Shown: piece by piece, positions 9,778 to 20,465 of the stretch
Layout of the letters: each line of letters starts with the position of its first letter
Numbering within the stretch: position 1 is the first letter of the stretch
NCBI GenBank assembly: GCA_019306075.1
Contig: JAFDME010000001.1
Span: 1-56,481 of the forward strand
DNA from: Deltaproteobacteria bacterium
GTDB lineage: Bacteria; Desulfobacterota; Desulfobulbia; Desulfobulbales; Desulfocapsaceae
Length of the DNA: 56,481 nt
Reading direction: 5' to 3'
The notes under the pieces: model-generated
Seen by the model: only the letters and a program-made list of their open reading frames with translations
Told to the model about the DNA's origin: nothing
Database searches by the model: none
Made by a program: the position numbers and the translations under genes

Positions 9778-10680
9778 TCAATCCAGGCTTCGAACTCTAC
9801 CAATCCTGGTGTAGGGCAAAAGTTCCACCGCGAGAATACTGGCAAAAATCAGGAAGCCTCCCATAAACTGCATAATCGTAAGTCGCTCACCTAAAAACAA
9901 CATACCACTGATTGCTGCAAAAACCGCCTCTGAACTGAGAATGATTGCTGCATCCGGTGCCGGAGTATATCTCTGGCCGACAACCTGCAGAGTAAAAGCC
10001 ATACCAACAGAAAAGAGGCCGATATAACAGATACCCCAGGCAGCTCCCAAAAAATCGGCGACGAGAGGTTTTTCAACAAAGCAACCGAGAGTCAGCCCTA
10101 AAATACCGCAGACAGTAAACTGTGTCGCGGCGACAACAAGGGGAGCCCTGGTCCTTGAAGCCATAGCCCCGACCAGCATGACATGGACAGCCCAGAACAG
10201 CGTACTGGAGATTACCCAGAGATCACCCTCGACAAGTTCAACTCTGTGAGCCCCACTCATAATATAGGTGCCGATAAAACAACAAATTGATGCAGGCCAG
10301 ACAATAAAAGGCACTTTACGTCTTAAAAAGAAAAACCCGAGAAACGGTACAAGGGGAACATAGAGAGAGGTCAGGAAACCTGAATTAATCACACTGGTTC
10401 GAAGAATGCCATGCTGCTGAAGAACAGCAGCCGTGAGCAGCACGGTTCCGGTAATGACCAGCACCAGCCAGTCATCTATCTTAAATTTCCTCACATCTCT
10501 CTCTACCCTGTGAAACTGCTTCAGGGCGAAAGGAAAAACGATGAGTGCACCTACCAGAAAGCGAGCTCCGGTAAAGCTTATTGCACCGAGATTTCCAACT
10601 CCTATCTGCTGCACTACGAAACTTGAACCCCAGATCGCTGCAGCCAGAGTCAGGAGCAAGTTAGCCTGTAACCGATTCAT
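9778..10680 (-). CDS. DMT/EamA family transporter
   Basis: ~10 hydrophobic helices in two EamA repeats; IWGSSF, AIILSSEAVFAA, FLGE motifs. Confidence 0.9.
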   Translation of the reverse strand: MNRLQANLLLTLAAAIWGSSFVVQQIGVGNLGAISFTGARFLVGALIVFPFALKQFHRVERDVRKFKIDDWLVLVITGTVLLTAAVLQQHGILRTSVINSGFLTSLYVPLVPFLGFFFLRRKVPFIVWPASICCFIGTYIMSGAHRVELVEGDLWVISSTLFWAVHVMLVGAMASRTRAPLVVAATQFTVCGILGLTLGCFVEKPLVADFLGAAWGICYIGLFSVGMAFTLQVVGQRYTPAPDAAIILSSEAVFAAISGMLFLGERLTIMQFMGGFLIFASILAVELLPYTRIGRVRSLD

Positions 10681-10689
10681 ATCTCTCCC

Positions 10690-10872
10690 GAGAATTGCAC
10701 AAAAATTTTTTGGTTATCACTCAAATTCAGCTGGCAGCAGGTGTTGCAGCGGGGTGCTGGCAAACAATCCCGCAGCGGGGCACGAGCGTGGACGTTTGCA
10801 GATATCCTGCTGCACACCTGCTGTTCCAGAAAGCTACCAGATAATGGAGCTAAGGGTCAGTAGTAATCAGAT
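10690..10872 (+). repeat. Non-coding repeat family B, copy 1 (upstream of glpR1)
   Basis: Aligns by eye with the reverse complement of 21352-21558 (e.g. CAAACAATCCCGCAGC..GAGCGTGGACGTTTGCAGATATCC and CCAGATAATGGAGCTAAGGGTCAGTAGTAATC). Confidence 0.75.
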
Positions 10873-11008
10873 ATCTTTTAGCTGGAGGAAAATATACACC
10901 GGAAGAACAAATTTACAACATTTCGCGAAATTGCCCCGACTCACGAAGCATCCCCCTTCTTTCACCCTGTTCGCTTAGACAGAAGAACACTTTCATATGA
11001 AATAGCAA

Positions 11009-11037
11009 TTGACTTTATTTAACCTTCTTTGGATAAT
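11009..11037 (+). promoter_or_regulatory. Putative sigma70 promoter for glpR1
   Basis: TTGACT-17 bp-GATAAT; palindromes ATTTCGCGAAAT (~10920) and TTTCATATGAAA (~10991) just upstream. Confidence 0.45.
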
Positions 11038-11169
11038 GACTGTCAATTATCAATTATCACCGTAGAGATTGAGCACTTCTTTGTCATCCTGGCAGTTATT
11101 CTTCAGCCACTGGACGGTGTCTTCATATTTGTTTTAAGAGCATTCTATCTATCCTGGAGGTTTACCCAT

Positions 11170-11937
11170 ATGGAAATTCTCTCCTCGCGGCAAAACAGTA
11201 TCCTCGCTCTTGCAGGAAAACAGGGAAGAGTTGATGTGGAAGAACTGTCCCTCTCCTTTCAGGTCTCACCGCAAACCATCAGAAAAGACCTGAACAGCCT
11301 CTGCGACAGGCAACTCCTGCAGAGAGTCCATGGTGGTGCAATTGTCGGCTCAGGCATTGTAAATGTAAACTATGAGGCAAGACGCCTTCTTGCACCACGG
11401 GCAAAAAAAGCGATAGGACAAAAAGCTGCAGCGCTAATTTCCGACAACAGTTCTCTGCTTATTAATATTGGTACCACCACAGAACAGGTTGCCCATGCGC
11501 TGAAAATCCACAGGGGCTTGCTGGTCATTACCAACAACATAAATGCTGTTGATATTATGAAAGATTTTCCCGGCATAAAGATGATTATTGCCGGCGGACT
11601 GGTTAGACGCTCAGATGGAGGGATCGTTGGAGTTGCCGCCGTTGACTTCATTAACCAGTTTAAAGTTGACTATGCTGTCATAGGTGTTTCCGCGATAGAC
11701 GAAGATGGCTCCCTGCTCGATTTTGATTTCAGGGAGGTTCGGGTTGCCCAGGCGATAATAGCAAATGCCCGTCATGTGATCCTGGTTGCCGACACGGCCA
11801 AACTCGAACGTACTGCACCGATTCGCATCAGTCATATCTCGCAGATCAGCACCATAGTGACCAACAGAGACCTGCCGGAAAAACTCGAAAAAATTTGCAA
11901 TGACAACGATGTACGAGTAGTTGTTGCCGCTGAATAA
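11170..11937 (+). CDS. glpR: DeoR/GlpR family glycerol-3-phosphate regulon repressor (paralog 1)
   Basis: HTH VSPQTIRKDL, RVHGGA, INIGTTTE; directly upstream of glpD; GGAGG RBS before ATG 11170. Confidence 0.9.
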   Translation: MEILSSRQNSILALAGKQGRVDVEELSLSFQVSPQTIRKDLNSLCDRQLLQRVHGGAIVGSGIVNVNYEARRLLAPRAKKAIGQKAAALISDNSSLLINIGTTTEQVAHALKIHRGLLVITNNINAVDIMKDFPGIKMIIAGGLVRRSDGGIVGVAAVDFINQFKVDYAVIGVSAIDEDGSLLDFDFREVRVAQAIIANARHVILVADTAKLERTAPIRISHISQISTIVTNRDLPEKLEKICNDNDVRVVVAAE

Positions 11938-12079
11938 TCCGGATCAACTGTGGTCGTGGATGCAAAAATAAAACACTTTGATTTCAATCGAATCAGTACT
12001 TATTCTGCAGTAATTATCATTCGTAAAACTAGCGGGACATGCCAGCCCGCGTTAAAATCGTTCCACAACGATTACCAAT

Positions 12080-12185
12080 GAACCCCGGCGGCCAGCAGAC
12101 GCCCTTTTTCCGATAGAGCTGACAGCGGGTGTTGCAGCGGTTTCCGGAAACTGCCAGACAATGAAACTGAGGTTCAGTGGTAATT
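12080..12185 (+). repeat. Non-coding repeat family B, internally deleted copy 2 (just upstream of glpD)
   Basis: GGTGTTGCAGCGG identical to 10740; CCAGACAATGAAACTGAGGTTCAGTGGTAAT matches the 3' end of copies 1 and 3. Confidence 0.6.
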
Positions 12186-12212
12186 AAAAACAATTATGAC
12201 AGAGAGTGAGAT

Positions 12213-13748
12213 ATGAACAGCCCTGTTTTTGATATAGCCATAATCGGCGGCGGCATTAATGGCTGCGGCATTGCCCGTGATGCCGCTGGACGCGGTCTGT
12301 CTGTTTTCCTCTGTGAACAGAATGATCTGGCCAGCGGCACTTCTTCTGCCAGCACTAAACTCATCCACGGAGGGCTTCGCTATCTCGAATATTACGAATT
12401 CCGCCTGGTCAGAGAATCGCTTCGGGAGCGGGAAATTCTTCTCAACGCGGCACCCCATATCATCTGGCCGCTGCGCTTTATACTTCCCCATCACAAGGGA
12501 TTACGCCCTGCCTGGATGATACGGCTGGGGCTCTTCCTCTACGACCATATCGGCGGCAGAAAACTGCTTCCATGCACCAGCAGTGTGAACCTGACCACAG
12601 ATGAGGCTGGGGCATCACTGAAAGGTAACTATACCAGAGGATTTGAATATTCCGACTGCTGGGTTATGGACAGTCGCCTGGTTATTCTCAACGCCCGGGA
12701 TGCGGCTGCCAGAGGAGCAGAGATAAAGGTCCGAACTCCACTCCTCTCCGCAGAGAGAACAAAAGAGATCTGGATACTGAAAACTCTTGATAAAAACAGC
12801 GGAAAAGAGAGTACGGTGAAGGCCAGAACTCTTATCAACGCAAGCGGTCCCTGGCTTGATTCCACCCTTACCCGCATTTCCCACAGTAAAACTACGGAAC
12901 ATATCCGCATGGTAAAGGGAAGTCATATACTGGTGAATAAACTTTTCGAGCACGACCGGGCATATATTTTTCAAAATGATGATAATCGAATCATCTTTGC
13001 AATCCCGTTCCAGAACAGATTCACCCTGATCGGCACTACCGATGTAGATTTCATCGGCAAACCGGATGAAGTGGCAATTGACGATAACGAGATCAATTAT
13101 CTTTGTGAGGCTGCCAATGAATATTTCACCACACAGATCAGTCCTGAAAGTGTCGTTTACAGCTACTCCGGAATTCGACCTCTTTTTGATGACGGTAAGA
13201 GTGAGGCCAAGGCAGCAACCAGGGATTACGTACTTAAACTTGACACCGGAGATAACGAACCGCCTCTACTCTCCATCTATGGCGGTAAAATTACCACATA
13301 CCGGAAACTCGCTGAATCTGTACTGGAAAAACTCGAAGATTTTCTGCCGGAAATGAACAATCCATGGACGGAAACAGCAAATCTTCCCGGTGGAGACTTT
13401 TCGCCGGATGGTTTTGCGGACGAGGTAAAAAAACTCACAACGGCCTGCCCGGTTATCTCAAAAGAACATGCAACACATCTCATCAGAACTTATGGAACCT
13501 GTGCCCATGAGATGAGCAGGAATATTCAGACAAAAGAACAACTCGGTACTCATTTCGGTCACAATCTTTATAGCTTTGAAGTGGATTATCTACTCTCTAA
13601 GGAGTGGGCACAAAGCAGTGAAGATATACTCTGGCGACGGACCAGGACGGGCCTTTTTTTAGATGCCGGGGAGACAGAGCGGCTGGAAAACTATCTGAAT
13701 AAAAAACTTTCGGAACCATCCGGAAAGGAGAAAGAACAATACAGGTAG
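12213..13748 (+). CDS. glpD: FAD-dependent glycerol-3-phosphate dehydrogenase (aerobic, GlpD type)
   Basis: IGGGINGCGIARDAAGRG, SGTSSASTKLIHGGLRYLE, GGKITTYRKLAE, DILWRRT. Confidence 0.95.
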   Translation: MNSPVFDIAIIGGGINGCGIARDAAGRGLSVFLCEQNDLASGTSSASTKLIHGGLRYLEYYEFRLVRESLREREILLNAAPHIIWPLRFILPHHKGLRPAWMIRLGLFLYDHIGGRKLLPCTSSVNLTTDEAGASLKGNYTRGFEYSDCWVMDSRLVILNARDAAARGAEIKVRTPLLSAERTKEIWILKTLDKNSGKESTVKARTLINASGPWLDSTLTRISHSKTTEHIRMVKGSHILVNKLFEHDRAYIFQNDDNRIIFAIPFQNRFTLIGTTDVDFIGKPDEVAIDDNEINYLCEAANEYFTTQISPESVVYSYSGIRPLFDDGKSEAKAATRDYVLKLDTGDNEPPLLSIYGGKITTYRKLAESVLEKLEDFLPEMNNPWTETANLPGGDFSPDGFADEVKKLTTACPVISKEHATHLIRTYGTCAHEMSRNIQTKEQLGTHFGHNLYSFEVDYLLSKEWAQSSEDILWRRTRTGLFLDAGETERLENYLNKKLSEPSGKEKEQYR

Positions 13749-13774
13749 TATGTTGAAGTAAAGCAACAGAATAT

Positions 13775-15055
13775 CAGCAATTCCCGAAGCAAGCCTCATT
13801 GTAGTCTAAAAACGGGTACGTCGGTCATTTGATTTGGCAATATAGCGTTTCTATCAAAATTCGATCAAGTTGTCGCTTCTGGACAATAAAAAAGGCTGCA
13901 GATTACATTTTTTGAGCATAATACTCCATCAGTCTCTTCTTGTTATTTTTCAGGAAGAGAGCCACTGTTCTTTGAAAATTGAAAGATCTGTTATCGCAGA
14001 TCGATTGGCACCCAGCCCAGAAGAATTCGGTACAGATGCTCCATGATTTCAAATATAAAGCCGTGGAACCAATAACGGATATTCTCCCAGAGAGACTTCT
14101 TTGTCTTCCATTCTTTCCATAATGCATTGAACAAGGGGCAACATCGTTGTCGGATCTGGTCAACCAAAAAGGCAAGCATCATGAGCAGGACAAAGACTAC
14201 GCTCACAATCAGTTTTATTGTCGCCATCCTGTTGCATAATCATCTCCGGACAAAGAGGAAAAACTTCCTTATAGTCTGGGTGGACAATGGCTGCGCCAAG
14301 CATCTGAAGGTAATAAGTGACCTCTCCTGTGGTACGTCGAACCTTCTCCATGCAGGATTTGTTGTGTCGTACCTTGGATGAAAAATACCCAGTGCCATCA
14401 AGATTTAAAAGGTAGCATCCTTCCATAAAGATCATTTTTTCAAGAACTTTCCCTCGTTGTAACTGGCGAAAAGCATCTTTAAAAAGAGGTCTGAGATCAT
14501 TTGGGTCTACATCATCAAGAATATCACGCATAGAGGTGTTTCACATGGTATTTTACCGATACCGTAGATACTCATGAGATTTTGAGGCCCCTTGCGCCGT
14601 CTTTCATCAGGTAAGCGAAGACTCCGAAGGCTAGCAGAAAAGGATCTTTTAATGAAAAAACAGCAAAGCCCGACATCAACGTATCTGTCAGGGAAATTAC
14701 TGTTGTTCCCTTACGATGATCATCGATCTTGTCAAATCCTTTACGTAATGTGCCGAAGAGGGCGTCAGCATTGAGATGCTTACGTAATTTGATTTTGTTA
14801 GCATGATCAAGTGCTTTCTTTGCTTGTTTCATTAGTGATTTGATAATGACATATGGCGACTCCTTGTAAGTGATTAATATCCTAACAGAAAAAATCGCCA
14901 TTTTCAGATACTATGTCAAGCTAAATATCTCCTTTTGAAATCTTTTTTATAATATAAATTCAGTTAGCTACCCATTTACAGCTCGTTGCTGACGTGGGGG
15001 GTCTAATGTGGTTAAAATTCATAAAAGTTTACGAAACTAAAATTCAGAATTGCCA
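13775..15055 (-). mobile_element. Decayed insertion sequence (DDE transposase, frameshifted and internally deleted)
   Basis: Candidate imperfect terminal inverted repeats CAGCAATTCCCGAA (13775) and TTCAGAATTGCCA (15043-15055) enclose transposase fragments; the right end lies at the truncation point of the FIST gene. Confidence 0.65.
13991..14901 (-). pseudogene. Transposase pseudogene in three fragments
   Basis: Fragments LRKHLNADALF...DHRKG...SLTDTLMSGFAVFSLKDP (14572-14901), LDGTGYFSS...YYLQML...PE...QDGDNKTDCE (14160-14531), LMMLAFLVDQ..CCPLF (13991-14227); the central part appears to be missing. Confidence 0.75.
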
Positions 15056-15531
15056 CTATTGATGCGATTCAGGCTGCTTCGGGAATCGCTGATGAGAGAG
15101 AGATTTTCCGCAAAAAGAAGAATTGGTACCGCGTCGGAATAGACCTCAGTGCCAAAAAATTGATATGTCTGCTTAAGCAGGTAATGATCCCCCGCAGTCC
15201 CACCCAGAAAAGGCAACAATTCTCCGAACGAATCTCTAATAACCTTATCCAGCAGAATACCAATAGTGGTCAGCCCATCGGGAAAAATGAGCCCACATGC
15301 AGGGGCACGAGTTATCTGGGAAGAGCAATCCCGAAAAGCATCATGAAAAACCGTTTCCCGGTTCTGTGAGATATCAGTGGCAATGGTAGCAGCAAATTCA
15401 ATTTGGTCTGAAGAAAAAAGTGTAAGCGTAATTGAATCTTCCGTAAAACCCATGGTGGAACTCATCTCACTATCAGTGGTGCAACCGATAAGCTTGACTC
15501 CAGGGAAAGCTTCAACGATCATCGAAAGCAT
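15037..15531 (-). pseudogene. FIST N-terminal domain signal-transduction protein, truncated
   Basis: LIGCTTDSEMS, FPDGL, FLGGTAGD, VYSDAV motifs of FIST-N; no FIST-C domain; ORF ends inside the IS end; 5' part fragmented. Confidence 0.7.
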
Positions 15532-15801
15532 GTTTTGATAATCAGCCCCGCCTGAGCTCTATTATCGCCAAGCCGACTTCTGCATTCATTGATCACATTT
15601 GCAACAGCCTCTACAGGGTCTACCACGTCGCTGGTACTGTTCACGGATAGTAGCATATATTACTCTCGGAAAATATCTTTCAGCGTCCTCAGACCGATAC
15701 GCCAGATGGACAGACGATAATTTCTTTTACACTCATAAAATAATTTTCAAAACGACGATACCACATTACTGTTAGGAAAGCCATGCAGCCGAAAATCGGA
15801 A

Positions 15802-16077
15802 TTATCGCTGAAACCGGGAGGAGATACGAGAAAGGACTGCATAGAAAATAAATCCGTTAACGAGCCCGCCAGCAAGCAGGAACAACCCGTTAAAACCTGC
15901 AGAGTTAACATGAAGAACGTCCTGCGCCCGGGTTAACACCATCGACCACGGAAAAGTCAACATGACAAGAAAAATACCGGACATCGGCGTATCATCCGCC
16001 GTAATCAGCATGACAACAAATGCAGCGACAACAGCAAGCAGGTACAGGGATGATACCATTACAGCAAATTTGCGCAT
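15802..16077 (-). CDS. Small hypothetical membrane protein
   Basis: 91 aa, about three hydrophobic segments, GAGG RBS upstream of ATG. Confidence 0.6.
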   Translation of the reverse strand: MRKFAVMVSSLYLLAVVAAFVVMLITADDTPMSGIFLVMLTFPWSMVLTRAQDVLHVNSAGFNGLFLLAGGLVNGFIFYAVLSRISSRFQR

Positions 16078-16086
16078 TCAGAGTCC

Positions 16087-16298
16087 TCATTTCCGATTTA
16101 TCAAGTTGACAAACAGACCTGTGCCCTGCTCATTTATCAGGGGCAGCCTGCCTGCGAGTTTTTTGTTCGCTATAAGTACACTGGAACTATGACTGTACGG
16201 CTCTGAAAAATTTATCAGCAATGCACGCTGAGGTGTCAGAGACAGGCCGGAAATAATAATATCGTATTCATCTTTCAGCAGATCCATCCCATATCGGT
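16087..16298 (-). pseudogene. Fragment of a polar amino-acid ABC substrate-binding protein
   Basis: LLKDEYDIIISGLSLTPQRALLINFSEPYSHS is the typical SBP family 3 segment, but only about 50 residues remain, with no signal peptide. Confidence 0.6.
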
Positions 16299-16580
16299 CT
16301 ATACGTATCTGAACACAATGATAAACCAGACGATCGCCAGAGCAAGTCCGCCCCACAACGGCGCACCAAAAAAAGCCAGCCAGCCCAGGTTGATAAAGCC
16401 GGTACCAAGCCAGGAAATAAACAACCTGTCACCACGGGTGGTATCAAGGCCCAATATGCCGTGCCGTGGATTCCCGCCGGGACTGAAGCGTTCCCATACT
16501 CCCATGGCAGTGATCGATAAAAATAAAACTACGAAAAAAGCTGCTGTTGGCCAAGTCCAGGCCATCCATGATAAACCCAT
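16299..16580 (-). CDS. glpU: Small membrane protein of glycerol ABC operon (DUF2160 type)
   Basis: WMAWTWPTAAFF...RHGILGLDTTRGDRLFIS; last gene of the ABC operon (Rhizobium nomenclature). Confidence 0.85.
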   Translation of the reverse strand: MGLSWMAWTWPTAAFFVVLFLSITAMGVWERFSPGGNPRHGILGLDTTRGDRLFISWLGTGFINLGWLAFFGAPLWGGLALAIVWFIIVFRYV

Positions 16581-16594
16581 GAAAACCCCTCCGG

Positions 16595-17398
16595 TTAAAC
16601 CCGCCCGAGAGCGAAGCCCTTGGCGATGTAGTTACGGACAAAATATATAACAATCGCCCCGGGAATGATAGTCAGAGAACCCGCTGCGGCCAGCAACCCC
16701 AGCTCATACCCCGAACTGCTCGCCGTGCGTGTCATTGTTGCTGCTATCGGTTTGGCCGCAACTGAGGTCAATGTTTTCGCCAGCAGCAGTTCAACCCACG
16801 AATACATAAAACAGAAAAACATGGTTACTCCTATACCTGCTGCAATGGTCGGAATAAAAATACGTACAAAAAATCTTGAAAACGAATAGCCATCAAGATA
16901 AGCAGTTTCATCAAGTTCTTTGGGAATACCTGACATAAATCCTTCAAGAATCCAAACTGCGAGCGGAATATTAAACAGACAGTGCGCCAGCGCCACAGCG
17001 AGATGGGTGTCGAATAGACCAATTGCGGAATAGAGTTGAAAAAACGGCAGTGCAAATACTGCCGGCGGTGCCATGCGATTGGTCAGCAGCCAGAAAAACA
17101 GATGCTTATCACCGAGAAAACGATAACGGGAAAATGCATAGGCAGCCGGCAACGCTACTGACACCGAGATCACAGTGTTGATCACCACATAAATAATGGA
17201 GTTAATGTAACCATTATACCAGGTCGGATCGGTGAAGATAACCTTATAATTTGCCAGGGTAAAATTCTGCGGAAAAAACGAAAACCCACCGAGTATTTCG
17301 CCCGTAGTCTTAAACGACATCGCGATCAGACCATAAATCGGCAGCATTAAAAACAGAATATAGAGTGTCGGTACAAACCACTTTCTTGAATAAGTCAT
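16595..17398 (-). CDS. glpQ: Glycerol ABC transporter permease 2
   Basis: CUT1 permease; FFWLLTNRMAPPAVF, ELDETAYLDG EAA loop (Rhizobium GlpQ, not the E. coli phosphodiesterase). Confidence 0.85.
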   Translation of the reverse strand: MTYSRKWFVPTLYILFLMLPIYGLIAMSFKTTGEILGGFSFFPQNFTLANYKVIFTDPTWYNGYINSIIYVVINTVISVSVALPAAYAFSRYRFLGDKHLFFWLLTNRMAPPAVFALPFFQLYSAIGLFDTHLAVALAHCLFNIPLAVWILEGFMSGIPKELDETAYLDGYSFSRFFVRIFIPTIAAGIGVTMFFCFMYSWVELLLAKTLTSVAAKPIAATMTRTASSSGYELGLLAAAGSLTIIPGAIVIYFVRNYIAKGFALGRV

Positions 17399-17399
17399 A

Positions 17400-18263
17400 T
17401 CACTGCTCCTCGTTACGCATCATGATGGTGTAGAACACCCAGCAGATCAGCAAAACCACCAGGAAATAAATCAGAGACATCGCTGCAGCCGGCCCCAGAT
17501 CAAACTGACCGAGCGCAATCTTGACCAGATCGATGGAGAGGAAAGTTGTTGTATTGCCGGGCCCGCCACCAGTCAATACAAACGGTTCAGTATAGATCAT
17601 GAAACTGTCCATGAAACGCAACAGGATAGCAATAGTCAGCACCCGTTTCATCTTCGGCAGCTGGATAAAACGAAATATTGCCCAGCGGCTTGCACCATCG
17701 ATATTGGCGGCCTGATAATAGTCATCGGGTATGGAACTAAGGCCCGCATAGCAGAGCAGCACAATCAGCGAGGTCCAGTGCCACACATCCATAAGTACAG
17801 TGGTCATCCAGGCTGCCACCGGCTGCCTGGTGAAATTATAGTCGATGCCCATTGAGTTCAGAGTATGACCCAGCAGACCTATTTCAGGCAGAGCAAAAAT
17901 ATTCCACATGGCGCCGACTACGTTCCACGGAATCAGCAACGGAAGCGCCATCAGCACCAGACAAACGGACGCCCAATGACCTTTACGCGGCATGGTCAAC
18001 GCAACTCCGATACCAAGTGGAACTTCTATCGCCAGAATCATACCGGTAAAAAGCAACTGACGTACGAGGGCATCATGGAAGCGGTCTGAGCGCAACACCT
18101 GTTCGAACCAGGTTGTCCCCTCCCAGAAGAAGACATTGTTGCCAAAAGTTTCCTGGAAAGCATAATTGACCACCGTCATCAGCGGAATAAATGCATTGAA
18201 GGCAACCAGTATCAGCACGGGCGTCACCAACCACCAGGCTTTTTGATTCAATGTTTTATTCAT
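17400..18263 (-). CDS. glpP: Glycerol ABC transporter permease 1
   Basis: PLMTVVNY, DVWHWT, YYQAANIDGAS EAA loop, LLRFMDSF (Rhizobium nomenclature). Confidence 0.85.
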   Translation of the reverse strand: MNKTLNQKAWWLVTPVLILVAFNAFIPLMTVVNYAFQETFGNNVFFWEGTTWFEQVLRSDRFHDALVRQLLFTGMILAIEVPLGIGVALTMPRKGHWASVCLVLMALPLLIPWNVVGAMWNIFALPEIGLLGHTLNSMGIDYNFTRQPVAAWMTTVLMDVWHWTSLIVLLCYAGLSSIPDDYYQAANIDGASRWAIFRFIQLPKMKRVLTIAILLRFMDSFMIYTEPFVLTGGGPGNTTTFLSIDLVKIALGQFDLGPAAAMSLIYFLVVLLICWVFYTIMMRNEEQ

Positions 18264-19335
18264 TGTCGCCCCCTTCTACAAGCCAATCGTCGCAATAAAT
18301 CCGTATCTGATCCGGATTAAAATGGATTTTCGGACTTTCTGCCGGGATCCTCTGATCTTCGTTTACCACCATTTTAATCACTTCGGATTCGTGTTTCACC
18401 GTGACCACCTGGTAGCGGCCAAGATCTTCTATTTTTTCTATGACAACCGGAATGCCGTCATCAGCAAACTCCACAAACTCCGGTCGCACACCCACAACAG
18501 TCCGGCCGTTCAAATCGTCACTTACCGGATGGGAAGTGGCAAGGATATTATTATGAAAGACAGGCTGTCCCCGGTCAATTTTACAGGGCAGAAAATTCAT
18601 CCCCGGCGAACCGATAAAATAGCCGACAAATGTATGCTTTGGCTTATTAAATAATTCCACAGGGGTGCCTACCTGCACCACAGCCCCGTCATACATAACC
18701 ACAACCTTGTTGGCAAAGGTCAACGCTTCTACCTGGTCATGAGTGACGTAGATCATGGTAACGCCAATCTGCTGATGCAGCTCCTTAAGTTTCGAGCGGA
18801 GCTGCCATTTCAGGTGCGGATCGATAACCGTTAACGGCTCATCAAACAGGATCGCATTAACATCGGAACGCACCAGACCCCGCCCCAGGGAAATTTTTTG
18901 TTTACCGTCTGCGGTGAGACCGGATGCCTTTTTTTTAAGATTTGCCGTCAAGTCAAGCATCTCTGCTATCTGATGAACACGTTTTTTTACAGTAGCTTCG
19001 TCCGTTCCCCGGTTACGCAGTGGAAATGCAAGATTGTCGAATACTGTCATGGTGTCGTAGACAACGGGAAATTGAAACACCTGGGCAATCTGCCTGTCTG
19101 ATGTGGGCAGATCGGTCACATCCTGATCATCAAAATAAACTTTCCCTTCAGAAGGGGTGAGCAGGCCGGAAATGATGTTCAACAAAGTTGTCTTCCCGCA
19201 ACCTGAAGGACCCAACAGGGCATAAGCACTCCCGTCCTCCCAGACCTGACTCACTTCTTTAAGTGCATAGACCGGATCCTGGCCCTTGGGTGGGGGGTAA
19301 GCATGCTGTACATTTTTAAATCTGATTGTCGCCAT
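18256..19335 (-). CDS. glpT: Glycerol ABC transporter ATP-binding protein 2
   Basis: Walker A GPSGCGKTT; variant signature LTADGKQKISLGRG; FDEPLT; YVTHDQ (Rhizobium GlpT, not the E. coli MFS GlpT). Confidence 0.85.
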   Translation of the reverse strand: MATIRFKNVQHAYPPPKGQDPVYALKEVSQVWEDGSAYALLGPSGCGKTTLLNIISGLLTPSEGKVYFDDQDVTDLPTSDRQIAQVFQFPVVYDTMTVFDNLAFPLRNRGTDEATVKKRVHQIAEMLDLTANLKKKASGLTADGKQKISLGRGLVRSDVNAILFDEPLTVIDPHLKWQLRSKLKELHQQIGVTMIYVTHDQVEALTFANKVVVMYDGAVVQVGTPVELFNKPKHTFVGYFIGSPGMNFLPCKIDRGQPVFHNNILATSHPVSDDLNGRTVVGVRPEFVEFADDGIPVVIEKIEDLGRYQVVTVKHESEVIKMVVNEDQRIPAESPKIHFNPDQIRIYCDDWLVEGGDNE

Positions 19336-19397
19336 ATTACAACCTGTCTGAATTCATAATGTCAGTCTGATTGGACACAAATACTACTGGTGAGTTC

Positions 19398-20465
19398 TTA
19401 CCTGGAGTCAACATCGATAAGCCTATCATCAGCTCCAAAATACATACAGTGATCGGCATCAAATACAAAACGTGCCTTTTCACCAAATTTGTAGGAATGA
19501 ATGCCGCGGGCCTGACAGACCCAGACATTGTCACCCACATTCAGGCGAATAATGGAATCTGAACCGCTGATCTCTGTAATCTGAACAATGCCATCCAATT
19601 CAACACCCTGCCCTTCTGTCAACAAGTGGTGAGGTCGCAGCGCAATTTTATAATCACCATCGGGCAAAGATGCCAGCTGTCGAGGAACTTTCCACGATAC
19701 GGTTTCAGCCAGATAAGCCATTTCTCCCCGCTTTTTTATAGAGGCGGTGTTAATCGGCGGATCGGAGAATACTTCAGCACTTTCCATTGTTGTCGGTTTT
19801 CGATAAATCGTTGCTGTCTCTCCAAACTGGACGACGCGTCCCTCTTTGAGTGTTGCCGTGTGACCACCCAGCATCAGGGCTTCAAGCGGTTCAGTAGTAG
19901 CATAGACCACTGTCGCACCAGTATCGGCAAATAACTTTGGTAATTCATCCCGCAACTCTTCCCGCAACTTATAGTCAAGATTGGCTAACGGTTCATCCAG
20001 CAGCACAAGTTCAGTACCTTTAACAAGTGCCCTTGCCAAAGCCGTTCTCTGCTGCTGACCGCCGGAAAGTTCACTCGGCAGACGATTGAGTGTGGGTGTC
20101 AGTTGTAGCAGGTCGGCAAAACGATGTACTTTTTCCTCAATTTCTTTTTTCGATAGTCCGGCAACTTTCAGCGGCGATGCAATATTATCATAGACTGAGA
20201 AACTGGGATAATTGATAAAAGCCTGATAAACCATGGCAACACTGCGTTTCTGCACAGGAACTCCGGTCACATTCCGATCCTTCGTCCAAATTTCTCCGGT
20301 CGCCGGTTTTTCCAGTCCTGCCATTAATCGCATCAGAGTGGTTTTGCCACTGAGCGTAGTACCCAGCAGGATATTAAACCCTCCCGGTTCAAGTACCAGA
20401 TTCGTTTCATAGATATGCGTCTCCGCCCCAACACGGAAAGTGACATCTCTCAGCTCAATAGTCAT
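19398..20465 (-). CDS. glpS: Glycerol ABC transporter ATP-binding protein 1
   Basis: GTTLSGKTT, LSGGQQQR, LDEPLANLDYKLRE, YATTEP. Confidence 0.85.
   Translation of the reverse strand: MTIELRDVTFRVGAETHIYETNLVLEPGGFNILLGTTLSGKTTLMRLMAGLEKPATGEIWTKDRNVTGVPVQKRSVAMVYQAFINYPSFSVYDNIASPLKVAGLSKKEIEEKVHRFADLLQLTPTLNRLPSELSGGQQQRTALARALVKGTELVLLDEPLANLDYKLREELRDELPKLFADTGATVVYATTEPLEALMLGGHTATLKEGRVVQFGETATIYRKPTTMESAEVFSDPPINTASIKKRGEMAYLAETVSWKVPRQLASLPDGDYKIALRPHHLLTEGQGVELDGIVQITEISGSDSIIRLNVGDNVWVCQARGIHSYKFGEKARFVFDADHCMYFGADDRLIDVDSR

Noticed and set aside
10541-10978. 145-aa plus-strand ORF
   Set aside because: Antisense to the DMT gene and running through repeat family B; no recognisable motif
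11029-11169. Longer upstream starts given for glpR1, and likewise glpA (25471), nhaA (32074), the lipoprotein (38956), the TAXI gene (45049) and the DUF4492-like gene (51979)
   Set aside because: Extensions lack family features; downstream ATGs fit the family N-terminus better and most have a clear RBS
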